Below are positions 1-13,800 of a DNA stretch of 64,000 bases, one piece after another (the first letter of the stretch is position 1; every line of letters begins with the position of its first letter). The translations under genes were made by a program, and so were the position numbers. Below the pieces are notes generated by a model. That model was not told where the DNA came from, did not search any database, and saw only the letters and a program-made list of their open reading frames with translations. This DNA is from Azolla caroliniana (Eukaryota > Plantae > Polypodiophyta), in NCBI GenBank assembly GCA_043228905.1, contig JBHGNT010000001.1, positions 21,080,001-21,144,000 of the forward strand. The letters run 5' to 3'.

Positions 1-74
1 TTTGGTAAATTTGGAACTTCCAGGGGCATTTTGGTAAATAGACGAACTTCCAAGGGTATCCTGGTACTTTTCCC
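1..74. mobile_element. Probable terminus (TIR end) of a Mutator-like MITE, cut by the window edge
   Basis: Ends ...GGTACTTTTCCC (reverse complement GGGAAAAGTACC) with an internal repeat TTTGGTAAAT..GAACTTCCA.GGG; partner TIR not in window. Confidence 0.4.
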
Positions 75-415
75 AAATTATAAATTCTAATACATCATAC
101 AATACATTCATTCTATACAGTACATACATATTTGTATATGTACATACATATCTCCTCCGTATACACCACACTCTTCAAGGTCGTCATGGCTTCAAATCCT
201 TCCTCTCCCACCTTATGTTACCTCTATCAACATTTCATGCTCCATCAATGCATCATTTTACGACAAGAATAAAAGACACTATAGCATGTTTGGAAAAAAG
301 AAAAGAAAAAAAGACACTACATAAGACATTAGGATCCCAATTGGGAGCTTGTGGAACTTATTTCGAACCATATGGAGTAAAGGTAGGAATGTATGTTTGT
401 ATGCATAGATGCATA

Positions 416-444
416 ATGTATGTATGTATGTATGTATGTATGTA

Positions 445-475
<31 letters not shown>
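416..475. repeat. Compound microsatellite (TATG)n(TG)n
   Basis: Direct reading. Confidence 0.95.
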
Positions 476-939
476 CCTAATAGATCTTATTGAATGGGTG
501 ATAAAGCAACTAAAATGTTCAACTAACACCATGCAAATGACAAGACATTCTACTAGCAATATGCCTTATTTTAAGACATCTCGTAGTGTTAAACCTCCCC
601 TTATAGCTCACAAGAAGAACTCCCCAATCTTCCCCGAATTTCTGCCATCGACATATCTATATGAATTAACTAATGATGTACATCATTTGTTTTTATCCAA
701 ATAAAAATAATCTCCTATTTCCTTCAAATGTCTTCCAATCAAACTTAAGAGAATTCTTTAGTCCAACACGAATAGTCAAGAAAATATGCCACAGACCAAA
801 TTTTGTAGTTCCTATATTCAGAAACAAACATTTATATCTCCTCTAAGAATACCATTATTCTTCTTTGGATAGTCAACATAGTTGTTAACTTGTAGGTTGT
901 ACAATAAGTCTCTAATAGTAGTGACCATCTTTGACCAAG

Positions 940-1208
940 GAAGAAGCACAAAGGATTCAGGAGAAAGCATACAAGTACTTCCTACAAGGAGGGTACTTCT
1001 AGAAGCACCCAAACAAGAAGACGGGAATGTCATGAGGCAGTTTTCAAGGAGGAACATACAATGGTGGTGTATGAGTTCTATGAGAGTCCTTGGGCGAACC
1101 ATAAAGGGAACATGTGGAACTTTTGAGAAGCTAAAGGAGAACTATTGGTGGTTGGGAATTTACAAGGATGTCACCTATTTTGTGAAAGCTACTCAATATA
1201 TTAGAATG
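940..1208 (+). pseudogene. Gypsy integrase zinc-finger region remnant
   Basis: GTFEKLKENYWWLGIYKDVTYFVK, homologous to 63442-63804; cut by the copia LTR at 1209. Confidence 0.65.
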
Positions 1209-3386
1209 TGTAAAGAATTAGATGCAGATGCTCTTGCTCAACAGAAACAATCGACGCAACCGAACACCACAAGACATTTAGATATATATAGAGATTGAGT
1301 GAGAGAGGGAGACTAATTGAGGAGACAACAATAAATTTATATTTCAAAAAATAAGATTCAGTACTCGATTCATACAAATGTGCGTACAAAGCACTTTATA
1401 TACAAACCCTGACAGTGGGCAGACACAAGTACTATGAGTACTTTAATGCTAATAAATGAGCTATAACACATAATATCCCTTATGCTATGTTTGGCTCTAA
1501 ATCCTAACGGCCTTCATAGCTTGGCGACTTTCTCTCAGCCTACCGGCCTTTTGCCGTTCGACTCATGTTGAGCTTGTCCCTCAACACTCTCCCTCAAGCT
1601 CGACTTGAAGTTCCTCCTTCTACTCTACCGATTCTTCGCCTCGACCACTTCTGCTAGCTTGCTTCCTGGCCCATGCTCCACAACCCGTCAGGTTCCGCGC
1701 TCCTCGACCTGCTTGGTAGGCTTGTCTAGTCCCAAGGCCCTCGATGACCTTATCCTTGCCTCTTCGGATTTGGTGCCCTCCGACTTGTCGGCTCCTTTTT
1801 ATCGGCATTTGCTTCAACTGCCTCCTTATTCGTTTGGCCTTCATATGATTCGACTCATCCGAATCACTCTCATCTGAATCGGTTGTCTCCTATTCATCTC
1901 CATTGTTAGTCGAATGGACTATCTCCAATTCATCTCCAATCTGACCTCTGGCTATCTTAGCCCAAGTCTTCTCGACTTTCATCTCTTTTCAAACTTTGCC
2001 CCGTCATTGCGTTGGCTCCGGCTTGGTCATTCCGCTCCCTCTACAGTCGGCTGGTCTTCCCTGAGCCGATTTTCTTCTTGTCATTCTCTTGTCTGATTCG
2101 GCTTTCTAAACCGATTCCGCACTCTCGACAAGTATCCTCTCAACTCTCTCCCTCAAGTTCAACAAGTTGAGGAGTTTTAGGCCAAGTATACTCGAGAATT
2201 GCCACAACTTGTCAAGTCTGAGAGGTATGGTGAAGATGTCGGCCACCTGCCAATCTTTCGGAACATACACCAATTCCACTTCCCTAGAGAGAACGTGCCC
2301 ATGCATGAAGTGGTAATCGACTTCGATGTGCTTCGTCTAAGCATGGAAGACAGGGTTCTTCGCTAATTGGATATAGTTGAGGTTGTCGTAGTAGATCACC
2401 GTCGGATCAGCAACCTCCACCCCAAATCCTTCAATAGCCTTTTTAGCCAAATGGTTTCGCACGTTGCGACAGTCGCTCCCCTGTACTTGGCCTCAGTGCT
2501 CAACAGTGCCATTGTCAGCAACTTCTTGTTGCACCAGGCGGTCACTGCGCTTTCCAAAGAGAACACATATCTGGACGTAGATCGACTATCACAATCACTA
2601 CCGCCTGAATTGGCATCTATGTAGCCAACTAGTTGTTCAACTACATCTGTCTGATATTGTTGGGAATATGTCCCTCTAGTGGGAAGAAGAGCCGACTCTC
2701 GAAGGGTCAAAAACAGTGATTCGATTGTTATTATTATTATGGTAATAATAATGGTGATGTTAGGAAACAGATCACTCCGGATGGGGAGAGAGAGGAGCCG
2801 AGTTGATGAGGGACTTGGCCGAGGTCGAAACCAGAATCGTGTATATAGCCAACTCGGGAGACTATACTTGTAAATAGTCTCAATGTGCGCCCCATGAGGG
2901 CTAGGTATGTAAATAACCAGAAAATTGTGTAAGTATATATGCAATTAGGGCAAACTTTAAGATGTAGAATAGAAGAGAACATAATTGTGAGTGTTAGATA
3001 GAAGTGTGCGTCACGCCATAGCTGTGTGAGTAACAACAGATGCAAAGAGCCAAACATGGTTGATACACTTGATAGAGTGTTGTAACCCTCTCCGTGTTGT
3101 ATATCCACTATCCATAGTGAAGATCTATTCCCATGGTTTTCTCTTGTTTTAGGGTTTCCACGTAAATCTCTGTGCATAGTTGTCTATCTTGTTTTTTTTT
3201 TGTGATTCGTATTTCAGCACTGTTTGTTCATTGTGATTTAAATTCCGAAACGATTTCTCAATAGATACAACAACCCACGATCCTTAGTGTTGCTAACATA
3301 TCGCAATACCCTTTGCACGTACAGAAAGTGATCAAATGTCGGTTGCGACATAAATTGACTAATCAAGCCAATCAGATACTTGAGGT
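1209..3386 (-). mobile_element. Degenerate Ty1/copia 3' part (RT end, RNase H, 3' tail, PPT, 3' LTR ~1209-1586)
   Basis: LRYVSNTKDRGLLY / LVGYIDA...RSTSRYVF...STEAKYRG / QVADIFT; PPT then TGTTGAGGGACAAGCTCAAC on minus strand at 1586. Confidence 0.85.
2658..3263 (+). mobile_element. Solo LTR (copia, related to LTR 3387-3994)
   Basis: Starts TGTTGGGAATATGTCCCTC, ends CTCAATA; flanks GATAT/GATAC; splits host frame GLLY|QTDVVEQLVGY; no PBS or internal region. Confidence 0.8.
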
Positions 3387-6300
3387 TGTTAGGAATATGT
3401 CCCTCCAGTGGGAAGAGTCGACTGCTCGGAAAGAGCCGACAATCGAGGAGTTGACACTGAGAGAGTCGACATGAAGAGTTGATCAAGGTTGAAGACACAA
3501 CCGGCTTGTCGGGCCAACAGGACAGTCTATGACCAGGCCGACTAATCGGACCGACCCAACAATCAACAAATGAGTCAGTTGATTAGTACTTGACTAACAT
3601 TATTATTATTAGATAATAATAAGGGCCATGATTGTAAATAACCCATTCTGTGTATTACTTTAAATACACCTAGGCCAAATAGAACAGTTGTAGCCTCTAT
3701 TGTTGAGTGCGATAGTGTGAGTTTTATAGAGCGAGGAGAGAGAGCGGTGCCATACCTGTGTTCGAAACAGTAGACGCCAAGAGTCGTGTGAGGCTGATAC
3801 ACTCCACACAAAGAGTGTTGTAATCTTCTCCATTGTATATCCAATGTTAGAGAAGTTTTTGTTCTCCGTGGTTTTCTCCCGTTTCAGGGTTTCCATGTTA
3901 AATCTGTGTACACTGTTTTCTGTATTTCCAAGTTGTGTATTTTCAGCGTATTCCTTTTTCTTTTCCTTGTAGAGTGACGATTCATTTCTTAACAAAATGG
4001 TATCAGAGGTTGAGGTTCAAGTATGGAAGGAGGTGTGAGCGGCTTCCCAGGTATGATAGTTCTGGACTCACAGAACTATGTAGACTGTAAGATCAAAATG
4101 GAAGACCTCCTCATAGTGAAAGACTTGTACAAGCCCGTCGATAGAGCAGATATACGCAGGGGGGTATTGGATTCTGATTGGAAACTTCTTAACAGAAAAG
4201 CAGTGGCCACCATCAAACAGTGTGTCGATGTGAGTGTCCTTTAGCATGTGGCAAATGACACAAATGCACACAAGATGTGGCAGAAGCTGTCAGGGCTATA
4301 CGAGAGGAAGAATGCCCTCAATACAACCTCACCGATGAGAAAGATCGTACGGATGAAATACAGAGACGGTGAGAGCATCATTGAACACATCAACACATTC
4401 ATGGCGTATGTAAATCAACTTGATGCAACCAAGTTTCCCCTTGATGATGCAATGCAGGCCATCCTGCTATTGTGCACCCTACCGGATAGCTGGGAGAAGC
4501 TAGTGGTGACTCTCAGCACCTCGTCTCAGGAAGAGAACTTGTCTCTACAAGCGGTAAAGACAAGTATCCTGAATGAGGAGACCAGAAGGAAGGCCAAGGG
4601 TGTCCTGGTCTAGTCGGAGTCAAATGTGACTCAACACACCAGCAACGGAGTCCACCAAGGAGAGAAAAGTCTCAAGCCAGGTTGAAGTCCAGAGGTAAGC
4701 TCGTGTGCTTTTATTGTGGAAAGCCTGGACACTTCCAAAAGGACTACTGACATCTTAAGAAGGACAAGAGTGTCGGTAATGATGTCAAACACAGAAAGAT
4801 TTCTGAAGAAAAGAACACTTCAACCATTGCAACGAGCAATCAAGAACTTTTGTTCATCTGCGAACAGACAAGTGCAAATCTTGCAAGCGAAGAATGCACT
4901 TGGGTGATAGATTCCGGTCCATCTTTACACATAACTCCGTCGAGAGAGTATTTCTCAACTTACATAGCCAATGATCATGGTTATGTAAAGATGGGTGACA
5001 GTGGGGAGTGCAAGTTAGCTAGAGTCGGAAGTGTTTGTTTGACGACGTTGACAGGATGTTGACTGACTTTGAAGGATGTTTGACATGTGCCTGATATTAG
5101 ATTGAATCTGATATCGACAAGAAAGATGGACGACGAAGGCTATAGTGGTAGCTTTCATAAGGGCAAGTGGAAATTATTCTAAGGAAACCTGATAGTGGCC
5201 CAAAGCACAGAAAGAGAGCACATTATATATGATGCATGCCCGATTGTGCAAGTTAGAAGTGAATGTGGCAACTGACTCAAGTGGACAAATATGGCATAAG
5301 AGGCTAGGCCACATGAGCGAGAAGGGTTTGCATCTGTTAGCCGACCAAAAACTTCTACCAGAGGTAAAGGGAGTGCACCTAGAGAAGTGTGTCGACTGCT
5401 TAGTCGAAAAGGAGAACAGAGCAACATTCCACTCAAGACCACCAAGAAGACGAGAAGCTGCACTGGAACTAGTACACACGGATGTATGTTATGTAGATGC
5501 TCCGTCGCATTGAGGAGGACAGTACTTTGTGACTTTCATTGACGACTACAATCGAAAGTTGTGGGCTTTCGTACTAAAGTAAAAAAATCAAGTATTGTCA
5601 TTTTTCAAGGAGTTCCAGGCAAGAGTCAAACGAGAGTCAGGTCGGAAGTTGAAGGCTGTCTGAACTGACAATGGTGGCGAATATAAAGGGTAGTTCGAGG
5701 AATACTACAAGACCCAAGGTATTCGAATCGAATACATAGTACCAAAGACCCCTGAGTTGAACGGGCTTGTAGAGAGGTTGAATTGAACAATCATGGAGAG
5801 AGTAAGGAGCAAGCTGTCGCATGCTAAACTACCGAAAATATATTGGGCTGAGGCGATGAACATGGCTGTTTATTTGATCAACAGGTCCCCCTCAGTATCA
5901 TTGAAAGGTGATGTCCCACAAAGGGTGTGGATAGGATAGGATTCTCCTACCGACATCTGAGGGTGTTCGGATGCCTAGTGTATATGCATGTGCCCAAGGC
6001 TCAGAGGTCGAAGCTTGATAGTAAGTCAAAGCCATGCATATTCATGGGATACTTAGAAGATGAGTTCGACTACAGGCTATGGAACTTAGTCAATAAGAAG
6101 GTAGTGAGGAGTCGGGACATAGTCTTCTTGGAAGATAAGATGATTGAGGACTGGAAACAACAGAGGTCGGAATCGACTCCCACTATCGCTGACTTAAGGC
6201 CAAGTTAACCGACACAATCGGCTGTTCGGAGACAGCCATTTCGCGTAGTCGAATCCAAGTCGGTTGACTCGAAGAGACCGAATGAATATGATTCTGAGTC

Positions 6301-6946
6301 GACAGAGTTGTTAAGATTGATCGAGGAATATGAGTTGGAGTCATCGAACCTTGAGGAGCCGATCGAAATACATGAACCTGAGCCAAGAGTAGAGTCGGCA
6401 GAGTCATCCAAACTGAAGCCGATAACGAGTGAAAGGAGATACCCACTCAGAGAAAGGAGAGTACCAACAACATATGACAGTCAATACATCCTCTTGACTG
6501 ATGAAGATGAGGCAGAGTGCTATGATGAAGCCATTGCCGATAAGCACAGAGAGAAATGGCTGAGCGTGATGCAAGATGAGATGGATTCTTTGCACGAGAA
6601 ATATACCTACGACCTAGTAGAGCTGCCGAAAGGTAAGAGAGCACTCAGGAATAAATGGGTCTACAAGGTGAAGACTGGAGAAGTCAACAATGCGCCTAGG
6701 TATAAAGCCCGCATAGTGGTGAATGGGTTCTAACAGAAAAAGGGTGCCGACTTTGATGAGATTTTCACACCAGTCATGAAGATGACATCCATCCGAACTG
6801 TTCTGAGTGTAGCTGTCAGCATGGATCTAGAGATCAAACAGTTGGATGTCAAGACGACATTCTTGCACGGGGATCTAGATGAAGAGATTTACATGCAACA
6901 ACCCAAAGGCTTTGATGAGAAAGGGAAAGAGAACCTAGTGTGTTGA
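3387..6946 (+). mobile_element. Degenerate, 3'-truncated Ty1/copia element A (5' LTR 3387-3994, PBS tRNA-iMet 3998-4008, gag-PR-INT-part RT)
   Basis: TG..CA LTR, TGGTATCAGAG, gag from 4023, WVIDSG, WHKRLGHMSEKG, ELVHTDVC, YKARIVV; many stops; breaks off at ENLVC. Confidence 0.9.
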
Positions 6947-7327
6947 AGCAATGTCAAGAAAGGCGTAAAGGCCAAGACTAAGACATGGTCGGATGTAGCT
7001 AAGGGCCTCAAGACTGAAGACAAATTGGAGACAGCCAAGTCGGGCGAAAGCAGAAATGAATCGGAAACGTTCGATTTAATCATAATGTTTGATTCGGATA
7101 CGCTGAATCAATTGAGGGACAAGCAAAGAAAAGGGCAATGAAAGAGGCGCCAACACCGCGACATCAAAGGAACTAAGAAAGGCCACATGAGCAGACAAGC
7201 CGACCGAAAGAGTGGAAGCGCGCAGAATCAGACGGGTCGAGGAGCGCGAGCGAGGCGTAAAGCCAGGAGAAGTCGGAGCGAAGATCTGGAAAAGCATATG
7301 GAACCTCAAGTTGAGATTGAGGGGGAT
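6947..7327 (+). mobile_element. 3' tail fragment and PPT of a different copia family fused to element A
   Basis: KAKTKTWSDVAKGLKTED motif shared with 18570, 44120, 46440; ends CTCAAGTTGAGATTGAGGGGGA. Confidence 0.8.
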
Positions 7328-10300
7328 TTTTGAGAGACAAGCTCAACATTGGGTGCGTAAACGGTACGTAACTCAGTGTGTAAATTGGGTGCTTAAAACC
7401 GTACGCAAAATATGGATGTGGCGGTGTTTAAACCGAAAGGCCGTTAGAACGTTATTCCACGTAAGGAATAGTTTTGGGAGTTAGTGTAGAAGGCTCATTT
7501 ATGAGCGGTCAAGTACTATTAGTACTTGTGTCAGCCCGATAGTTAGGGCTTGTATAAAAGGTGCTCACTAAGCACGAAATATGTACCGAGAACATACAAA
7601 GAATTATTTTGAATTTATTTTGTATTTTATGCTCACTCTAACTCTCCCTCTCCTGCTCTGTGATTTCTGCATTTTATCGAACTGTCATACTTCCGAACCA
7701 TGTACTCTGTGCTCTTATGTATACGCTTCTGCACACGTACTCTTCTACAATTACCTAATTATTAACATGGTATCAGAGCGTGTGGTTTAGAAAATCCACT
7801 AAGCCCACCCGACTCCGTGATTGTGTGTTCGAGACGCCGACGCCACTAGTGCCGCTACGGAGTACGTGTATGTGATCGAAGGAAGAAAAGCAAAAGAAGA
7901 GAAGACACTACAATCAACATGAACACACAAATGGGTAGCTCACTCCCTATTGAAAAGCTAGACCGGAGCAATTATTCATCTTGGGAGTACAAGATGACTC
8001 AATACCTCATTGGCCAAGGGTATTGGAGCTACATCAACAACGCTCAAGAAAATCAACCCGACCCAATGAACGCCGACTACTCAACATGGGAGCAAGCGGC
8101 TAGTCGAGTCATGTATTGCTTGGAAACATGTGTCCATGACCACATGCTTAGCCGCATTCGAGACACCAAGATGCCTAAAGAGGCGTGGGAGAACTTGAAA
8201 AAGATGTTCGCCGCCAACACGACCGCTTGAAAGCTTCAACTCCGACAAGAGTTGAACAACATTCGGCAAAAATCCATGTCCTGTCGGACTACACCGCCAA
8301 GATCAAGAGCAAAAATCCATGTCCATCAAAATAAACGTCGACGAAGACGAGATGGTTCAAATATGTTTGGGCGGCCTCACACAATGATTCAACTCGTTGA
8401 GGAAGGCAATCTTCGCGAGGTAAAACCCTCCTTCGTTCTTCGACCTTCAATCAATGCTAATGGTTGAAGAGAACCATGTCCAAACCAAAACCAAGACATC
8501 GGAAGGACAAATGTTCTTCTCGAATTCAGATGGTGGTCGAGGACAAGGTTGAGGTGGTAGAAGAGGTCGATTTGACCCATCACACGAAGGGAACTCAAAC
8601 CTTTGACAACAAGACAAGAGCCATCAAGGAACCTTCGGAAGAAGGGGGAGCTTCCATGCCGAAAAAGGTCGGCAAATGATGCCTGCAACTTGCAACTATT
8701 GCGGAAAAATCGGCCACCGCGAGAAGAAGCGAATTACGCCGCCAACTCCGAATACGACAACTACGGCGGACTATTCGTAATGAGGCATAGAGAAAACTCT
8801 ATGTTGGCCTCCGACTCCGCAAGCACCTCCAACTCGGAAGACGTGTGGTTCATCAATTTCAGCGCCTCACATCATATGACGTCACACCAAGAGTTGTTTC
8901 GTGACTTACCAACGCCAGACCGACCCGGCTTCATAGAGACGGGAGACGACACCACACATCCCATTCGGCACATCGGAAATGTCCCATTCGGGAAAGAAGG
9001 CGAGCAAACATGCATCAAGAATGTCTTGCATGTGCCCACAATTACGAAGAATTTGGTCTCAGTCGGCCAAATCATGGAACAAGGCATGGAAGTTCGCTTC
9101 AACAATGAAGGTTGTTTCGTCGAGAAAGATGGCCAACTTATAGCCAAGGGACGGAGAGATGGTCGAATGTTCATCCTCGATTCGAACGAGGTGAAATCAT
9201 CCATGTATGCCAAAGGTCTCAAAACCGAGACAAGCATCGAGTTGTGGCACAAAATAATCGTCCACATAAACCTCCAACGGTATTGAGCAACGCAATCAAA
9301 GGGACTCGTCATCAGACTTCCGACATTCGAGTCGACCGAGTATGCGAAGCTTGTCAACTCTGCAAAAAATATCGAATCCCATTCCCGAAGGAGAGCCACA
9401 TGAGCAAAGGCCTCCTCGACATCATACACTCAGATGTATGGGGACCGGCTCAAACGCCGATGATCGGCGGATGCCGATTCTACGTCACCTTCATCGACGA
9501 CTATTCCCGCTATACGTGGATCCTTCCGATGAAGAAGAAGAGCGAAGTACCTACAATCGGATGGAGGCAAGGAGTACTTATCCGATGAATTCACCTCCTA
9601 CCTCCAAAGTGAAGGCTTTCGGAGAGAATTCTCATGCCGACACACACCCCAACAAAATGGAGTAGTTGAAGGGAAGAATCGGCAAATACTCGAGAAGCAC
9701 ATGCCGAACTTCTATTGGGCCGACGCGGCATCCACGACCGTCTATCTCATGACCTGGTGCAGCACTAATGGAGCGCATGAGCTAACTCCATATGAGCTCC
9801 TCGTCGGAAGGAAGACGATCCTGTCGCACCTCAAGGTGTTTGGAAGCATTGCAATTGTACGCATCCCGAACGAAAGCCGACAAAAGCCCGACGCGAAGTC
9901 GGAGGAATGTATCCTCATAGGATACTCGTCCGAGAAGAAGGCGTACGAGTGCTACAAACCTTCTACCTGAGCAATTCGGGTAAGTCAAGATGTAGTCTTC
10001 GACGAGTCCGCATCCTAGTACGCACCAGAGACAACTTCGACTCCGACTCCGCTTGAACCGGAATCTACCGAACAAGAGGTTGAAGATGGAAATCGCTTTG
10101 AACATATGTTTGAAGAAAGTCCAATTACGACAAGGCTTAGTGGGCCACAAGAGCCCCCATGAGACCCAAGCACATCGCGACCAAGTACGACCTTGGACAA
10201 AGGCAAAGGTAAGATGCCTGAATACAAAGTTGATCACCCCGACGATAGTGATTTGGATGTGTCGGCTCCCTCACTAGATAGTGAGTTTGGTGTACCCATC

Positions 10301-10812
10301 ATGCAGACACATGGAGTAAAGAAGGCACTCACATCGGCGAGTGAAAAACTTTGATGCTCTTCTAGAGAGAACAATCTCATCACTCGGCTTGGTTACAACG
10401 AGTAAATGGCCCATCACTATGCCTTCGCGATGAAGGTAGCGGCCGAACAAGAGCCCAAGAACTCCACCGAAGCAGTTCGTGACCCACGACGGGTGGAAGT
10501 AGTTGTCCTTCGCCCACACACTACAAGCCTTCATCACCGGCTTGAGGGGGAGGACCCGAGATTGCCACGGCGAACAAAGCTGAAGGCCAAACAGAAGCCG
10601 CACAGAAGCCGACATCAAAAGCTTGACAATGCCGAAAGCAGAACCAGATGTCGGACGCCTCACACTTGAGCTTGAGGGGGTGTGTTGAGAGATCAAGCTC
10701 AACTTAGTTTAGTTAGTTAGTCAACCATGTAACTTCGTAGTTACCTAGATAGAATCTAGTTACAAGTAGTAACTATAACGCCTTAAATAGGACCTTGTAC
10801 TTAAGTGGGATA

Positions 10813-13800
10813 TGTTGGGAACTTGACGTTCCTTATGTCCAACGCTCGGCCACAACCGAGATTCTTTACATACACAGAAAAACAGGTAATGAAACGTGAC
10901 ACAAAAGAGGAGAAATGGTACACAGGAGGTATACGTGGAAAACCCCAAAATAGGGAAAAAAAAACCACGGCAGCCTACAAGCTGCAAACTGTCACTATGT
11001 AGAAATATACAACAGTGAGATCACTGAGGCAACGACCTCGTGCTCTCAGATCTTCGCCACAGGCGGCGGTTACAACAGAGGGAACGACCTCGTCTCTCTC
11101 TCTCTCTCTCTCTCTCTGTACAGTTACGCGCTCTGATTTCTTCTTGCACCAACAAGAAGGAATAACCACACAAAAAAAACTAAAACCACAAACTAAAAGT
11201 TTGCCCTAAGTCATATTTATACTAATATGACTTTTCGGCTATTTACAAATGTAGCCTTGATGGGCTCCATCCGGCTCTCCGCAGTCGGGTACTCCTCATC
11301 CGGTTCATACCGGGCCTACACAATCCGACTCTCCGCAGTCGGGTACTCCTCATCCGGCTTTCCGCAGTCGGGCCTACACCATCCGACTCTCCGCAGTCAG
11401 GTTCTCCCCATCCGGTTCATACCGTTTTGGCCTCGGCCTGTCGGCCTCGGCCGAGTTTGTTCGTCGGCACTGTTCTTCTCCCTTCCCATCCGGAGGGACC
11501 TGTCTACCAACAAACTCCCCCTTCACTCCGGCATGGGGTGTCTTTCCAGCCCGATCCTCTTCCGGCATGCGTCCAGCTTGTTGGGTGTCAGCACTTTGGT
11601 CAGCATATCTGACCCGTTCTCGGCCGTGTGGATCTTCGCCAATGCGAACTCCTGGTCATCTACCCTTTCCCGGATCCAGTGATACCTCCGCTGGATATGC
11701 TTCGTCCGGGAATGGTAGGCCGCATTCTTAGCAAGGTGGATGGCACTTTGACTGTCGCAGTAGAGTCGGTATTCCTCTTGCCGGATACCGAGCTCCCCGA
11801 TGAAGTCCTTCATCCATAATATTTCCTTGCCGGCTTCCACAGCCGCCATGTACTCTGCCTCTGTGGTTGACAAAGCAACCGTCTTCTGCAGCCTCGACTG
11901 CCACGAGACAGCTCCCCCTGCATATGTCATCACATACCCGGATGTAGACCGGCTGGTATCCACATCAGCCGACATGTCCGAATCGGTGAAACCGTCCAGT
12001 TGAGGTTTTTCCGGTGCCGAATCGGAGACACATATTTGAAGTGCCCTTCAAATACCGGAGTATCCATTTGACCGCGTTCCAATGCTCCTTGCCGGGATTA
12101 CTCATGAACCGGCTCACCACTCCAACTGCGTATCCAATGTCCGGTCGGGTACAAACCATTGCGTACATCAAGCTCCCGACGGCAGAGGCATATGGAATCT
12201 TCATCATATCTGCCTTCTCTCCTTTTGTCTTCGGGCTTTGCTTGCCGGACAACTTGCAGTTTGCCGGTAGTGTCGATCCGACCGGTTTTGCATCTGACAT
12301 GTTGAACCGGTGAAGCACCTTTGTCACATACTTCTCCTGTGACAGCCATAGTTGCTTCACTGACCGGTCCCGAATGATGTGCATCCCCAACATCTGTCTT
12401 GCCGGACCCAGGTCTTTCATTGAGAAGGTCCGGTTGAGAGCCTTCTTCAGCATCCGTATTTTGCCTTGGTCTCGTCTGACGATCAACATGTCATCCACGT
12501 ACAGGAGGAGTATCAGGAAGTCCCCTCCTTCGAACTTCTTCACAAACACGCAGTGATCGGCCTGCGTCTTGTGGTACCCTTGATCGGTCATGAAGGAGTC
12601 GAACTTCCGATACCATTGCCGGGGAGCCTGCTTCAGTCCGTACAGGCTCTTCTTCAACCGGCATACCAGGTGCTCCTTCCCTTTCTTCACAAATCCTTCC
12701 GGTTGCTGCATGTAGATTTCCTCTTCGAGGTCGCCGTGGAGGAATGCCGTCTTCACGTCCAGCTGCTCTACCTCGAGATCCATGCTTGCTGCTATACTCA
12801 GCACCGTCCGGATGGAGGTCATCTTTACTACCGGGGCGAATATTTCGTCGAAGTCCACGCCCTTCTTCTGCTGGAACCCCTTCACCACGATCTTGGCTTT
12901 GTATCTCGGGGGGTTGCCGGCATCTCCCGGTTTCAACTTGAACACCCACTTGTTTCGGAGTGCCCGCTTTTCTTTCGGCAGCTCCACCAATTCGTACGTA
13001 TGGTTCTCATGCAGGGAATCCATCTCATCCTGCATGGCACTTAACCATTTTCGGCTGTGGGTGTCATCCTTCGCTTCTTCGAAGCTTTCCGGCTCCCCCT
13101 CATCGGTTAGCAGGACATGCTCTGCATCCGGAAATCTCCGGGGCGCCCTTCTCTCTCTGAGAGGATATCTACGTCTTCGGGCTTCGGTAATCGGTTCCTC
13201 CATTTGCTCTTCATCCGAATCCGATTCGGGATCTTGACCGGTTCCGGTCTCAGCTTCCTCTACTTCTTCTTCTGCCGGTTCGGTATCCTCACCGTAACCG
13301 GCTGGTTCCTCGAGTGCTAACCGGTCTCTTGCCGGTTGGGTCTGCTCATTGTAGAGTCTATCCTTACCGGTCGACTCGGAGTTCACTATCTTCTTCTCCG
13401 ACTCCCAGTCGGCGAGCGTCTTGTCCTCCATGAAGATAATATCTCGACTCCGGAATACCTTCTTGTCGACCGGGTCCCACACTCGGTAGCCGAACTCATC
13501 GTCACTGTAACCGAGGAATATGCATGGCCGGGTCTTCGGATCTAGCTTTCCTCTCTGGTCCTTTGCTACATGCACGTACGCGAGACACCCGAACACCCTC
13601 AGATGCCGGTAGGACACTTCCTTACCGGTCCATACTCTCTGTGGCGTGTCTCCGTCCAAGGGTACTGAGGGTGATCTGTTTATCACATATGTCGCCGTCG
13701 ACAGTGCCTCAGCCCAAAACTTCTTGGGCAGTTTTGCATGCGTTAGCATACTCCGGACCCTCTCCATTATGGTCCGGTTCATCCTCTCGGCCAGTCCGTT

